Below the pieces are notes generated by a model, which saw nothing but the letters and a program-made list of their open reading frames with translations, did not search any database and had not been told where the DNA came from. From Fonticula alba ATCC 38817 (Eukaryota > Protista > Nucleariida), in the NCBI GenBank assembly GCA_000388065.2, contig KB932206.1: a stretch of DNA of 64,000 bases; one strand, given 5' to 3'. Both the position numbers and the translations under genes were made by a program. Of the stretch, positions 26,124-39,031 are shown piece by piece (the first letter of the stretch is position 1; each line of letters opens with the position of its first letter).

Positions 26124-27424
26124 TGCCCCGGTCCGGACTGTCCCCAACCGACACGGGCCCCGGCCAGTCGATCCAGCTCACCTTTGTGCGTTTTTTTCCC
26201 CCCTGAAGTCCTGCTCCCCCCCCCCTCCCTTCCACACCTCGGATTTTGCCATGCATTCGCCCCGAGCCCCTCCTCGGAGGGGTGTCCCCACCTTTGCTCA
26301 CACGCCTAGACACTGGCACAATGCTGTGGTTCGCTTTTTCCCCGGGCACAGAGCTCCCACGAAAATGTCATCGTCCGCAGTGTGGAGCTCCCTCACTCGC
26401 CGCCGGCTGGCATGGCATCCATGCGGGCCGGACTGTTCCCCACAATCGATTCGGAACTCTTCTCCCGAGGTATGCCCACATGGTTCCCACGTGACATGCG
26501 ACACTTTCCGGAGGCCACCCCCACTCGGGCTGCATTTTGCATTCCGCTCTGTCCCTCTCGCTTGCGTGGCCCAGTTTCGACCCCACCATTGACACTCTCC
26601 GCCCCCCGTCCCCCCCCCCCCCCCCCCCTCTTCTCCCGTCCCCCCTCCCCCTCTCCCTCTTTCCCTCTTTCCCTCTCTCTCTCTCACGCCCCCTTGTGCC
26701 CGGCGGAGCAGACGTACATGCGGCCTCGGCACCGACGGCCCGCGGCGTGAGTGGCTTGACTCAGGCCTTCCAGCGTGAACGCATGGTCAGTCCCCCGGGG
26801 GGCAACACTGGCGCCAACGCCAACGGCGGCGGTGCCGACCCGGCGGGGCCCCATGCTGGCATCGCCATTAGCCGGCCGGGTGTTTCGGCTCTGCATGTTG
26901 ACTCTGCCGGGCTGGCTGTCCCGCCACGCCATGCCACCCCGCCCTACTACCCCTCCCGGGGGTCTGCCGGGACCCAGGCCAACGGCAGCAGCAACAGCAG
27001 CAGCCCTCACACGCCATATGGCGGTGGATCGTACCAGCCGGCGCCAACCCTGCCCCCCGCCGGGAGCTACTCTCCTCGGTCGTATCAGCCCTTGGCCGGC
27101 GGCATGGCGGGTGCCACGATTTCGCCGGCCTCCCACTCGCGCCCGGTATCCTCCATCACCACCGCCGGGTCGCACATGTCGACACCGGCATCGCAACCAT
27201 CGCGGCCGGGGATGTCCCCGCGTAGCCCTGGTGCCGAGCGCCCGGGGCAGATAATCCAGATGGGCTTCAGTATTAGCCCGGTGCGCCCGTCGGAGTTGGC
27301 GCAGCGCCCGGGTCCGGCAGCCACCTCTGCTGGTTACACCCACCTGGCTGCCACCGGCCGACCTGAGCCGATTGCCCCTGGTGACGAGCAGGACGAGGGC
27401 TTTGATGACATCTCGGATTACTGA
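23472..27424 (+). CDS. ATG13: Probable autophagy protein Atg13 (N-terminal HORMA domain plus long disordered tail)
   Basis: Splicing 23786/23927 creates KDPW|FALEL (cf. the Atg13 NKWFNLE motif). Also LESWSFSL and VYRMYRSWLRGLHVLARAQPSGRL (cf. LERW...VYK..LLRSL...LPAY). Ser/Pro/Gln-rich tail with poly-Q ends DEQDEGFDDISDY*. Internal exon limits approximate. Confidence 0.7.
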
Positions 27425-27818
27425 CCGGCGGCACTCTGGCGCACCCGAGGCGTGGACAAGCCCCGGTGAAGAGCAGCCAGTCCACTTTGCCCGCCTCTCT
27501 CTCTTTTTTTCTCTCTCTCTCTCCCCTGCTTCCCTCCCCCCATGTACTTGTGATTTCCCTTCCCCCTTCCCTAAACAATAGATATTTCCCCCTCCCCCTC
27601 CCCCCCCCCCGGCCACGAAAAAAAGCACACGAAACATTCACACACTGGCGCGCGGGATGACACACTGCCTGGAAAAGGGAGCCAGAAAGGAAAGACGTAA
27701 GAGCCACACCATTGTCGTGTGCGTCTTCGGTTGAGAAGCGGGCTTGTGTGTATGGAGAGGAGGCCGAGCAGAGGGGGGAGGTGAAAGGGAAAGGGATCCG
27801 CGCGCTCTACACGACATG

Positions 27819-30800
27819 CTAGGACGTGTTGCCGGCCACCGGGGCCGAGGAGGCGCTCGCAGTGGGGGTCGGGGAGGTGGACGAGGACAAGGGCGACCGC
27901 GTGTCGTGGTCATTCATGATGTGCGCCATGAGCTCCATGAAGGAAGACAGCTGCCGCCGGCATCCGGTCCACAGGCACGCCCGGCCAACCTTCAGCACAC
28001 TTTCCTTGGCCAGCTGGTTGTCCACGGCTGGGGCCACGGCCGGCAGAGGGACCACCGGGCTGGAGGACGTGTCCCCGGCCTCGCGATGCTCGACCGCGGC
28101 AGCCGCGGACTTTCGTTGGGCCCGAGCAATTTGACGCATGAGACGGGAGGTCGGGCTGGCAGTCAGACCAACCGACGCCCCGCCGAGGCTGTTGGCCTCG
28201 CGCTGAAGAAGCTCCTGCGTGGCCGCGATCAGGCGCTTGGTGGCACGCGAACACCCATGCCCCGGGCCCCGAGAGCCGATGTCCCCATTGTGACGTTGGG
28301 AAACCGCCCCCAACCCAGCTGCGGGGCCCTTTTCGCCACCACGCCGGGGCCGAGGCCAGCCAACAGCATCGTCCTCGGTGGTCGCGTCATCACTGCTGGC
28401 GGAGGAGTCACTTTCATCACTTGAGGAGACGTCATCCACCCCGTCATCCGAACTAACGGCCGGAAGGTCTGGGGAGGATGCTCGGTCCTGCGAGGAGTAT
28501 GCATCATCAGACTGAGAGGAATCCGACGCCGTGGAGGAGTCCTCGTCGTCGGAGATATACTGAGCCAGCAGGTGCTGCGGGTCCACACTCGGCGGCTCCA
28601 ACTTCGGCATCAGGCTGATCGCCGGGGCAATGGAAGAGCGGGCCGATGCCCGGCGCGCGCTTCGCCGGACTACCGGGTACGTCCGAGCCGACTGGCCGGT
28701 ATCCCGGCCGCCAACACTGGCCGCCACAGCCCGGAAGGTCCCCGCATCGGCGGCCCCGGCCTCGAGACCGGCGCTCGACCGGAAGTCCGGCGATACCGCC
28801 TGCGCCGGGGCCGTGTCCGGAGCGCACAGCCGCAAGATCGACCGGGCAAAAAGCTCCGCATGGACGGCCGCATTGCGAGCCGCTTGTGAAGAGACAGCCG
28901 CCAGGGGCAGAAGGCTGGACACGGTTGCTCCGGGGCCTGGGCCGGCGCCACCCTGTTGCCCGGTGGCCCTGGCAGCCAGCATGGCTGGCGAGGACAGGCC
29001 ATAAATGCCGGACCCGGCGCGGGAGGGGTGCACCACGCGATTCCGGGGGTCCGTGTGTGCCAGCGGGTGCTGCGGCCCGGGGTCACCCAAACGCCGAGAC
29101 TGCTCGCCGGCCGGCAACTCGGCAACCGGTGGCACTTGGGCCACAGAGGACGCCACCTCACTGGCCGAAGTTGTGATCGAATCGACCGCCGAAGACCCGG
29201 AGGAGGGGGAGGAGGGGAAGGAAGGGGAGGAGGAGGGGGGGGAGGACGGCCCGGGCGCCATGGCTGAGGCGGAGGAGAGGAGGGCCTCGGTCATCGTGAC
29301 ATCTGTGGTGGCAGGGGCAGGGCCGGCAGGGGCGGTGCCGGGGGCAGGCATGGCGATCGGCTTCACTGCGACCAGTGGCGGCATGGGGGAGCCCGTAGAT
29401 GCCGACCTTTCGGGCGCCGGCGAGGAGAAGAGCACGGTGATTTGCTGTGGCGCCCCGGTGGACACGGTGATGCGTGCCTGGGTCTTGGAGCGCTTGACCG
29501 GAGGCATGGCGACACCCTCGGGGGCGGACTTGCCCCCGGGTGGAGACCGGGAACGCTTGTCAGCCCGAGGGATCACCGTGACCGGTGAATCGGCTTTGAA
29601 CCAGGGGGCGGGGCGCGTCAGAAAGATGAAAGAGGGCACAGGCCCGGCGCCAAGGGGAGGGGGAGAGAAAGAGAGGAGGAAAAAAGAACGCACAAGAAGC
29701 CTTGCCAGGAGCAGCCCTGGTCCCCGTCCCGACCTGGCGGTCCGACACGGCACGGGCGGTCCATTCGGCTGCCGATGGCGCGGAAGTGGAGGACAAGTCA
29801 ATCACCAAGTCCGACCCCATGGCCGGCCGCAGATCGGCGACCCCGAGGTCAAAGGGAGCCATTCGCGAGGGCGGCACGCCTGGCGCATTTGCGCCTGAGA
29901 CGCTCAGGCGTTCGGGAGACGCCGCCAGGGTACCGGTGCCGCTGGAAATGCGCAACGGAAGCATCGACGGGGACCGCGAGCGGGACACAACAAGGATCGG
30001 CTCGGCGCTCGGGCTGCCTGATTCCGGCGCGGGGTGGTCGGCGCGCTTGGTGCCGGTTTGGATCTTGAGCACGGGCGAGGGCCCTGTGGCCGAATGGGTG
30101 GCCAGCAGGGGCTTGATCGAGATCCTCGGGGACACCACCTCGCGCAGAGGGGAACTGGCCGCAGACGAAGCAGCTGCATTGGCAGACGCCGGCACAATCA
30201 CCGGCAACGCGGGCACCGCCGCCAGGACGGGAGTGGGAGTGGAAACGGTCAACCGAATGGGAGCAACCACGGCCGGGGCACTCGCTGAATTTGACATTGA
30301 CAAGGCGCTCGGGGAAGCTGGGGCCTCCCTCGAGGCGGCCCTTGGCGACGGGGACGCTGAAGGAGCCGCCGCTACAGGGGCTGCAGGCCGAACGGCGGCA
30401 GCGGGCACAACGACCGCAGGGAGCACGGCAGGCGTGGAGATGGCTGGCACAGAGGCTGGCAATGCGCCTGCGGAGGCTGGAGCCGGCGCCTCCACCAGCA
30501 TGACAGCACCAGCAGCACCAGTTGGGGGGATTGGTGGAAGGACAGATCGAGAGGTGTCATCCGAGGGCACAACGGAGGCCGTGCTTGGGGTTGGGCCTGT
30601 ACCGGCAGCCGGAGCAGTGGGAGGTACAACGCCGCCAGAAGCAGCAACAGGCGTGGTACCATGGGCCTTGCTGCCGGGCGCCCTTGTCGAGGAGGCCGCA
30701 GGGTGGATGTGCGACACGACCGTCGGCTGAGCCTCGTCAAACCGCGCGGCCGGTGCGGCCGCGACAGCCCGAGGCATTGGCTCGGTCGACGTGGCCGAGG

Positions 30801-31368
30801 ACTGAGAGGAGTCGGAGGCAAGACCATTGGATGGTGGCTGGGGCGAGGCCGCTTGTGAAGTAGCGGCGCTTGATGAGGCCGTCTCCGAGGGGAGGTGATG
30901 AGTCCCGACACTTGACCCGTCCATCGAAGGGGGCACAGATGATTGGCCAGCCACCGGAGGAGTAGCTTCCAGGGCCGGTGTCAACAGGCCAACCGGAGAC
31001 ACCGAAGACCGGGTGGGTGGAGGGACAGCACCTGGAGCAATCGGGAGAGGAGGAGGATATCGTGTCGTTGGGGGGGGGGGGGGGGGGGGGGGGATTGTCA
31101 GGAAAAAAGAGGGGTATGACCCGGGAAGCCTTCCGAGGTATGGGGAAGGAAATAGGGGCGACAAAAGGGAACACGGAAGAAGGACCGAGCCCCCCTCCCG
31201 CGAGCCCTGCTTCCCTCCTTTGACCATCTGTCTCTCTCGATAAGGGCATCACGAAGACGTGCGGATGCCCGGCCCGGACCGAGGCGGTGCATGAACGTGC
31301 GGTGGAATACCCAGAAGGCGAGAGACTACAAGAGAAAGGGACAAAGATAAAAGGTAGGAAGAGAGAGA

Positions 31369-31400
<32 letters not shown>

Positions 31401-33330
31401 GTGTGTGTGTGGAGGAACAGGCAAAAAAAGGCTCGCAAGAATGTCGTACAGGCGGCGTCACAAGGGGGGGACTTCTGGGAGGGGAGATGCACGGCAGGAT
31501 GCTGAAGAGACGCCAAATGCTTGAAAGGGGCCTCCTGGAGCGACGCTTCCGAGGTAGTCCCACGAGAGGCTGCTTCGGCAAGCACCTTGGCAGCCTGAAG
31601 GGTGGGAGTTTGCTCGGTATTCTGTCGGGCGACTGCTTCCCCGGCGGTCTTGCGAGTAACAGCCAGCCTTGCGGCCTCGCGGGCAGTGGCCCAACGGGCA
31701 ACAGCCTCTTCGGCAGCCTCCCGGGCAGCGGTCTCTTCAGCAACTCGGCGTGCAGCAGCCTGCCTTGCGGACTCATGGGCAGCATTCCAACGAGCAGCAN
31801 NNNNNNNNNNNNNNNNNNNNNNNNNNNNNNNNNNNNNNNNNNNNNNNNNNNNNNNNNNNNNNNNNNNNNNNNNNNNNNNNNNNNNNNNNNNNNNNNNNNN
31901 NNNNNNNNNNNNNNNNNNNNNNNNNNNNNNNNNNNNNNNNNNNNNNNNNNNNNNNNNNNNNNNNNNNNNNNNNNNNNNNNNNNNNNNNNNNNNNNNNNNN
32001 NNNNNNNNNNNNNNNNNNNNNNNNNNNNNNNNNNNNNNNNNNNNNNNNNNNNNNNNNNNNNNNNNNNNNNNNNNNNNNNNNNNNNNNNNNNNNNNNNNNN
32101 NNNNNNNNNNNNNNNNNNNNNNNNNNNNNNNNNNNNNNNNNNNNNNNNNNNNNNNNNNNNNNNNNNNNNNNNNNNNNNNNNNNNNNNNNNNNNNNNNNNN
32201 NNNNNNNNNNNNNNNNNNNNNNNNNNNNNNNNNNNNNNNNNNNNNNNNNNNNNNNNNNNNNNNNNNNNNNNNNNNNNNNNNNNNNNNNNNNNNNNNNNNN
32301 NNNNNNNNNNNNNNNNNNNNNNNNNNNNNNNNNNNNNNNNNNNNNNNNNNNNNNNNNNNNNNNNNNNNNNNNNNNNNNNNNNNNNNNNNNNNNNNNNNNN
32401 NNNNNNNNNNNNNNNNNNNNNNNNNNNNNNNNNNNNNNNNNNNNNNNNNNNNNNNNNNNNNNNNNNNNNNNNNNNNNNNNNNNNNNNNNNNNNNNNNNNN
32501 NNNNNNNNNNNNNNNNNNNNNNNNNNNNNNNNNNNNNNNNNNGCGGCCTTTTCAGCTGCGGCCTTTTCAGCTGCGGCCTTTTCAGCTGCGGCCTTTTCAG
32601 CTGCGGCCTTTTCGGCAGCAGCGAAACGATGGGCCTCTGTGATTGCGGCTGACGTCATGATTGCCTCTTGAGAAGCAAGTTGATGGGCAGCAATAGACAT
32701 CGTCGATAGTTGACGGACATCAGCGGGATGCATCGGTGTCAGAAACCCAGAAGAGAGGCCAATGGCTGTGCATACCGGGGAGAGGGTGCCAAAGGAGAGC
32801 CGATATTAGCAGGCAGGCATCTTGATGGGCAGAGTGGACCCATGTATCAATCAAGGCAGCGTGAAGGAGAACAGTGAAAGGCTGGCAAATGAGAAGGACT
32901 CAGCCCACTCGAACGCACGATTGGCGAATGGGGGAGGAGGAAAATAGCGGATAAAGTTCGGCATCGCCATCGGGGCTGGTTGGACATATGGGAAGGCCGA
33001 TGAAGAGGGGGGTAGCTGAGTCATGTTGGGAGCTGTGTGTGCAGCAAAAGCTGGATGAGGGATTGAAATGGGCGGGTGAACGGTCGCTTGACTTGGACTG
33101 GCCCCCGGGACATGGATGCCGGGTGTAGGCGGCTGGGAAGTCAAAGAGGTGACCGGACCGCCAGCACCGGGGGGGATTTGTGATGATGCTTGACCAGCCA
33201 TCGAAAGAGGCTGCAGACTGGCGGGATATGTGGTGGGGGAGGTGAGGGACACATATGATGGTCGGTAATTTGGCGCGTTGAGATTGTATGGCGATCCGGA
33301 TCCCGGGCCAGGACCGTTAGATTGACTCAT
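27819..33330 (-). CDS. Large low-complexity Ala/Ser/Pro-rich protein with (AAAEK)n repeat and one C-terminal C2H2 zinc finger
   Basis: Consecutive coding-like minus-strand ORFs from MSQSNGPG (33330) to APVAGNTS* (27819). CLWTGC-x12-HIMNDH at 27977-27906. Gap 31800-32542 interrupts. Exon joins not fully resolved. Confidence 0.6.
32543..32615 (-). repeat. 15-bp coding tandem repeat GCTGAAAAGGCCGCA (AEKAA)n running into a gap
   Basis: About five units visible before the 743-N gap. Confidence 0.9.
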
Positions 33331-34470
33331 GAGATTGGGGCAGTGGGAGAGACTGACCAGTGAACGGAATAGAGGATGCGTCAGCGCGTGCGTGCGTGCG
33401 TGCGTGTGTGTGTGTGTGCGCGCGCGTGGTGAAGAAGGGCCGGCATAGCGAGCAAGGCGCAGTTATCTCGGAGCAGTGGCGGAAGCCGCGGAAGGCCAAA
33501 GGAAGAGGACTCAGATGCATGCAAGAAGGCAAAATAGCCCCTGCGGGAGATATTAAAAGCAAAAAATAATCGAAAACATGACTGGGAAAATGAGAAATAA
33601 CCAAAGAAGGAAGTGGTTGATGGACAAAAAAAACTCGAAGAAGGGGGGAATGAGAGGGAGGAAAGGAGGGGCTGAAATCGAGGTGCATAAAGGACCTCAG
33701 GGGAGAAGGAGGATGGGGGATGTCGAAGAGACCAGGAGTGAGGGGAGAAAAGTGCCAAGAAGAGGGAGGCAAAGAGGGAGGGAGGCAAAGAGAGAGGGAG
33801 AGGGAAAGAGAGAGAGAGAGAGAGGGAAAGAGAGAGAGAGAGGGAGAGGGAAAGAGAGAGAGAGGGGAGATCAAAAGTTGAACGGTAGAAATAGGCCTCA
33901 AGAAGAGGGAAATTATGTTTTGCGCAATACTGGCGCTTGGAAACTCGGAAAAAATGAAAAGACTTGGGGAGAAATGAAACGCCCCACTGTGAAGGTGTCA
34001 AGGAGGAGTCACGGCATGGACCATGGGCGCTGATACAGTGTAGAATGGGCAGGATGGCAGCGCAAAGGGGGAAGGAGAAGGGGACGGGGAGAGGGGGGGA
34101 GAGAGAGAGAGAGAGAGAGAGAGAAAGAACGGAGACAAGATGAAAAAGAAAACAAGAGAAAAAGAACGGATATGGGTGGATACAGGAGGGGGTGGGAAAC
34201 CGCGGTGGGTGCAACTCAAATACGACGAAGACTCAAAAAAAAAACAATGGCAATTACCGGCTGGTTGGAAGATAGAGAGGAATGAAGAAGGTCACTGCTT
34301 TTGCAGGAGGGAGAGAGCAAGAACGAGGCCGGCATAATAGGAAATCAGAGGCAAGAGAGACGCATACATCCGGCACAGACTTTCACAACACGAGAGCACA
34401 GAGGAGGCGGGAGGCGGGAGGAGGCAGGAGGCGGAGACAGGAGTGTCCAGCACACACACAAAGTAAAGAC

Positions 34471-34900
34471 AAAGAGAGGGAGGAAGAGAGAGGGAGGAGG
34501 AGAGAGGAAGAGAGAGGAAGAGAGAGAGGAAGAGAGAGAGGAAGAGAGAAAGAGGAAGAGAGAGAGAGGAAGAGAGAGAGAGAGAGGAAGAGAGAGAGAG
34601 AGAGAGAGGAAGAGAGGAAGAGAGAGAGAGGAAGAGAGAGAGAGAGAGAGGAAGAGAGGAAGAGAGAGAGAGGAAGAGAGAGAGAGAGAGAGAGAGAAAC
34701 AGACACTCAGACACTCAGACACTCAGACAGAGAGACAGGCACAGACACTCAGACAGAGAGAGAGAGAGAGAGAGACACACAGAGACAGACACGCATAGAC
34801 ACGCACAGACACGCACAGACACGCACAGACACGCACAGACACGCACAGACACGCACAGACACACACAGACACACACAGACACGCACAGACACGCACAGAC
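34471..34900. repeat. 229-nt pure-purine (GA/GGAA) tract, followed by AGACACTC 8-mer and ACGCACAGAC 10-mer tandem arrays
   Basis: 34471-34699 contains only A/G; about ten 10-mer units at ~34793-34900. Confidence 0.9.
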
Positions 34901-37900
34901 ACAGAGAGATAGGTGCAAATGCTCAAAAGATGCCCACAAAAAGCCGCCCAAGCGCCTTCAAATGGCAATATCACAGGGAGGAGGCACCCCACGACTGAGA
35001 AGGAGAGAAGGGATGTGTGCAAGGGAGGGGGGAGGATAACGAACCGAGGAACTGGAGATGTAAGAGAAGGAGAAACGAGGCGATAGTGTGTCCCGGGAAG
35101 GGCTAACAAACCGCATGGGGAGTGCGGCGGCTGGCGACACACAATCTGAAAAGAAACTCGACCATCAGTTCTGAAGAGGACACGATGGAGGGAGCGAGGC
35201 AGACCGTGCCGAACCAAGGGGAAATGCCGCAATCGACGAGGTGACAACAGCCCCTACTCGGCTGCTTTGCCGAGAAAGAGCCCTCATCCGCATATTCACT
35301 GACACATGTGTATCTGTAAGTCAGGATTACTGTTAGCATGTACCGAGCATTGTCATTTAATGTGCACGGACGTGGGAGCGCGCGCGAAATGGCACAGAAC
35401 CACCCGGACAACCGTGGTGATGATTGTCCGCGCTCGGCACCCCACGCGCGCGCGCGCGCGCGCGCGCGCGCACACATCCACCATCCCCCTTTTTTGTCAC
35501 CAGCCATAGTCGGTCATTACATGTAGGGGGCCGAAACAAAGGCCGGAGAAGGAGTCGGGTGGAAGGATGGCGGCCGCATTACCTGGGCCCGAGTGCATTC
35601 CAATTTATTTGGATTAATTTTAACCATCATCAAAACGACATATTCCGAAGCAGGAAAAATACAGAACGAGGAAGAGAGAGAGAAAGAGAGAGGGAGAGAG
35701 AGAGAGGGAGAGAGGAAGAGGGAGAGGGAGAGAGATGGAGGAGCATTGAACAGCCGACCCGAGGAGACTGTGGTTGAAGGAAGCCTCCTCTTGCGCGCAG
35801 CTGCCACCATGCAACCTGGCACGAGCCGACCCGGCTCCTGCTTTGGATTCGAACGGACGGACATCGGTTCATGGGATCGCCCTAGGGAGGATGTGGCAGG
35901 GCGGCAGGCGCGGCAAGGCGGTGAGGTGATGAGGCGGCGAGGTGCCGAGGCGGTGAGGCAACATGACAGTTGGGCTTCAGCGCGGAAACGCAGAGGCAGG
36001 CCCCGAAGACAAAACTGCGGGCCCAGAGGAGGCAGGAGGGGAGACCACGGCGGCCGTCACACAGCAGCAGCAGCCGGTGCAGGGTCCAACCAAGGACGGA
36101 GAGCGAGGCATGACGCAGAGTGTACGGCTGGTGAGGTCCAGCCATGGCGGCCCTCCGGGCAGCCAAGAGGCTGGAGAAGGAGGAGAACAGGGAGAGGAAG
36201 AGAGGCAGAAGCGAGGGGGAGAAGAGAGGAGGGGGGGGGGGGGACAGAGAGGACAGGGGCACAGATCATGCGTGGCAGAGTAGGCATCGTCGGTTGGCAG
36301 TTGATCAGGCCTGGGGGGGTGGGGGGCAAGGTGGTGCCCGCCCGAGTGGGCCGATTCTTCCCACACGCAACCAGACTGAGCCCTTGGTGCGTCCCGGTGA
36401 CAGACCGTGGAAAGGCAATTGGAGCGCTCGCAGGTCGACTTTCTACCCCCTCCCCCTCCGGAAAGGGGAGGTGTAACGTCGGGGTTAAGGCCCCGCTTCC
36501 AACTCGAGGTCGAATCGAAAAGGGGGGGGCCATATTCGCCCAGGGGGAGACACCAAGCACGAGGGTTGATGCCTATGCCGCGACGATCAGCCACGGAGGG
36601 CGATGAGCGGGATGTCCCCCGCCCCTGCCCTGCCCCGAGCCAACAGGGGCCAGGCCGCCGCGCCGACAAGCACGCCAATCAGCCGGCACATCGAATGCGG
36701 GACGTCCTTTCCGACATGTGCCCACGAATGGGAACGGCCCTCACGGAGCACCCTTTTCCTCGGACCGCCGTGTCTTGAACCTGCTGCCGGGGGCGAGAAT
36801 GTGCCAGCAAGCAGCCCGGCCGCCCGAGTGCGGGTGGCAAATCGGTCGCCAGTCCGCCGGGCGTGAAGCGCGCGAAGCCATGTGCAAGCCCGTCGGTCCC
36901 CCGCCCGAGGATGTGGCGGCAACCCTTCTGGCACATGAGAGGCCGCCAGCGGGGTGGGATACCAAGCCACGCCGCGGGAGCGGGCCAGCCACCCAGGCCG
37001 ACCATGAGTCAGCTCCCCCTCCTGCCCTCATCTATCCGTTTCCGGCGGCCGGACGAGGGTCACAAGGACCACGGCGACCGGAGAGGAGGGGGGGGGGGGG
37101 GGGGGCGAGGTGCGGACACCGGGCAGAAGGGGATGACACATGACGAAAAGACCGGAGAGACGAATGCAGAGACAGAGAGTGCGAGGCATGGGACAGGAGG
37201 GGTCGGGGCAACAACAGCACCCCAGGAGGGGCTTGCGGGCGGAATCCCCCAAGCGACCAGCAGGCGGACGACCCATTCCCGCCCTAGTAGCCCTTGTCCC
37301 CCGCCTAAAAGACCAGGGTTACGTGCGACGGGCAAGGGGGGAACGACCAAAATGGCAAATGGCAAATAACAACCATATCGAAACTTGAAGAATATTCTTA
37401 GGATCGGCCTAAGTCCCCTCCTGGGAGGAATGATATTCCCAATGGGGCGTGATACTCATCATGGTGAAGTGCCGACGAATCGCACGGCCCGCTCCCGCCG
37501 AAAAGGCGCCTCGTTGCTGTGTATCACATTTGGCCTCTGCATCCATCCCTGCCAACGTCCCTCTCCTCCCCCNNNNNNNNNNNNNNNNNNNNNNNNNNNN
37601 NNNNNNNNNNNNNNNNNNNNNNNNNNNNNNNNNNNNNNNNNNNNNNNNNNNNNNNNNNNNNNNNNNNNNNNNNNNNNNNNNNNNNNNNNNNNNNNNNNNN
37701 NNNNNNNNNNNNNNNNNNNNNNNNNNNNNNNNNNNNNNNNNNNNNNNNNNNNNNNNNNNNNNNNNNNNNNNNNNNNNNNNNNNNNNNNNNNNNNNNNNNN
37801 NNNNNNNNNNNNNNNNNNNNNNNCACACGCACACGCACACGCACTCACACACTCACACTCACACTCACACTCACACTCACACACTCACACCGACACTGCA

Positions 37901-37901
37901 G

Positions 37902-38494
37902 TCCAAGCGAAGTATGGCGGTACAGGCCATGCTGACACCACCCGGCAGTGCGTATCCCCATCTCCCCTTGTCGCGACCGATGCTGCTGACACACCCGCCC
38001 CAGCACACCTGACCATATGCGTGTGTGTGTGTGTGTGTGTATTGCCCTGTTACAGGCCCGCCCGCTAACCGAAAGCCTCTCTCCTCGGACTTCTTCCCGA
38101 ACAGCGAGTGGCTCCTGACCCAGCACCGTGACACACTGGCCTCGATGGTCGGCCATCCGCAGCTGCTTCACTTCACAGCCCTCGTCGACGGCGAGTCAAT
38201 TGCCCGTACCCGTGTGGCTCTCATTGAGGTACGCATGGCCCCCGGAATTCCATCCCGCGATTATCTGCCCCCCATCTGGCTTCCTCCCCCCCCCCCTTCC
38301 CCTCCTTTCACTCACTCAATCGTCCACCTCGCGTCTCAAAGCGCATGGTGCAGCCCTGTGGCCCGCCCCAGCGCCCGGCCGACGACCCGGAGGAGGTGAG
38401 AGCCGTTCTGGAGCTGGCCGCCGCCAAGGCTGCCATGGAGGTCGACTCGCAGCCGTCGACCATGGTCCCGGAAGAAGAGGATGCCACTGAGTGA
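37902..38494 (+). CDS. SF3B5: Splicing factor 3B subunit 5 (SF3b10/Ysf3); first exon in gap
   Basis: Exons 37902-37947, 38105-38228, 38342-38494 give (L)QAKYGGTGHADTTRH|EWLLTQHRDTLASMVGH...ESIARTRVALIE|RMVQPCGPP, matching SF3B5 LQSKYIGTGHADTTKWEW...QHRD...MLQPCGPP. Confidence 0.93.
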
Positions 38495-39031
38495 GGCCCT
38501 GTCTGCGAGTCCCTCCCTATTCGTGCTCCCCTCTCGCCCCTTCCCCTCTTCCCCCTTCCCCTCCTGGGTGATGATACGGAGGTGTCGTATCGTCAGCTGT
38601 AATATAGAACATCCGTCCACCAACTGGGTGCCGTGTCCCCCTCCCCCCCCCCCCCACACACACACACATACACACTCCCCTCCCACCAATGAGGGGAGAC
38701 AACAAAAGCCCGATGGGGATACATGTTGCATGGCAGATTATGTTCATTTTTTTCCCCCAGACCAGGCTGTCCTTCACACGGCCGTGCAAGGGGACAAAGG
38801 GAGGCGGGCGGGGGGGGGGGGTCCCGAGAGTGGGGGCCCCCTTGTCGAGTGAAGAGGGCAACAAAAGAAAGAGCGAATGGAATCGGAGCTGCCTCATGCC
38901 GCGTCCAATTCCGCAGGTAGTTGGCTGGTGGGACGGCTGGCTGGCGGGTAGGCTGGCTGGCGGGCGAGACGGGCGGCAAACGGGCAAGCGGGCTGCCTGG
39001 CCAGTCAGCCAGCAGATCGTGCCCGCTTCAT

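Noticed and set aside
29005-30730. Plus-strand ORFs of 297 and 342 aa
   Set aside because: Antisense shadows of the minus-strand zinc-finger gene in GC-rich sequence.
34793-34900. Regular 10-bp repeats as a possible CRISPR or telomeric array
   Set aside because: No unique spacers, eukaryotic context, and not a telomere-type unit.
34282-34998. (ER)n and (SL)n ORFs
   Set aside because: Translations of the GA microsatellite.
35963-36283. 106-aa Glu/Gly-rich ORF
   Set aside because: No splice partners or recognisable motif, and it merges into a purine repeat; cannot be supported as a gene.
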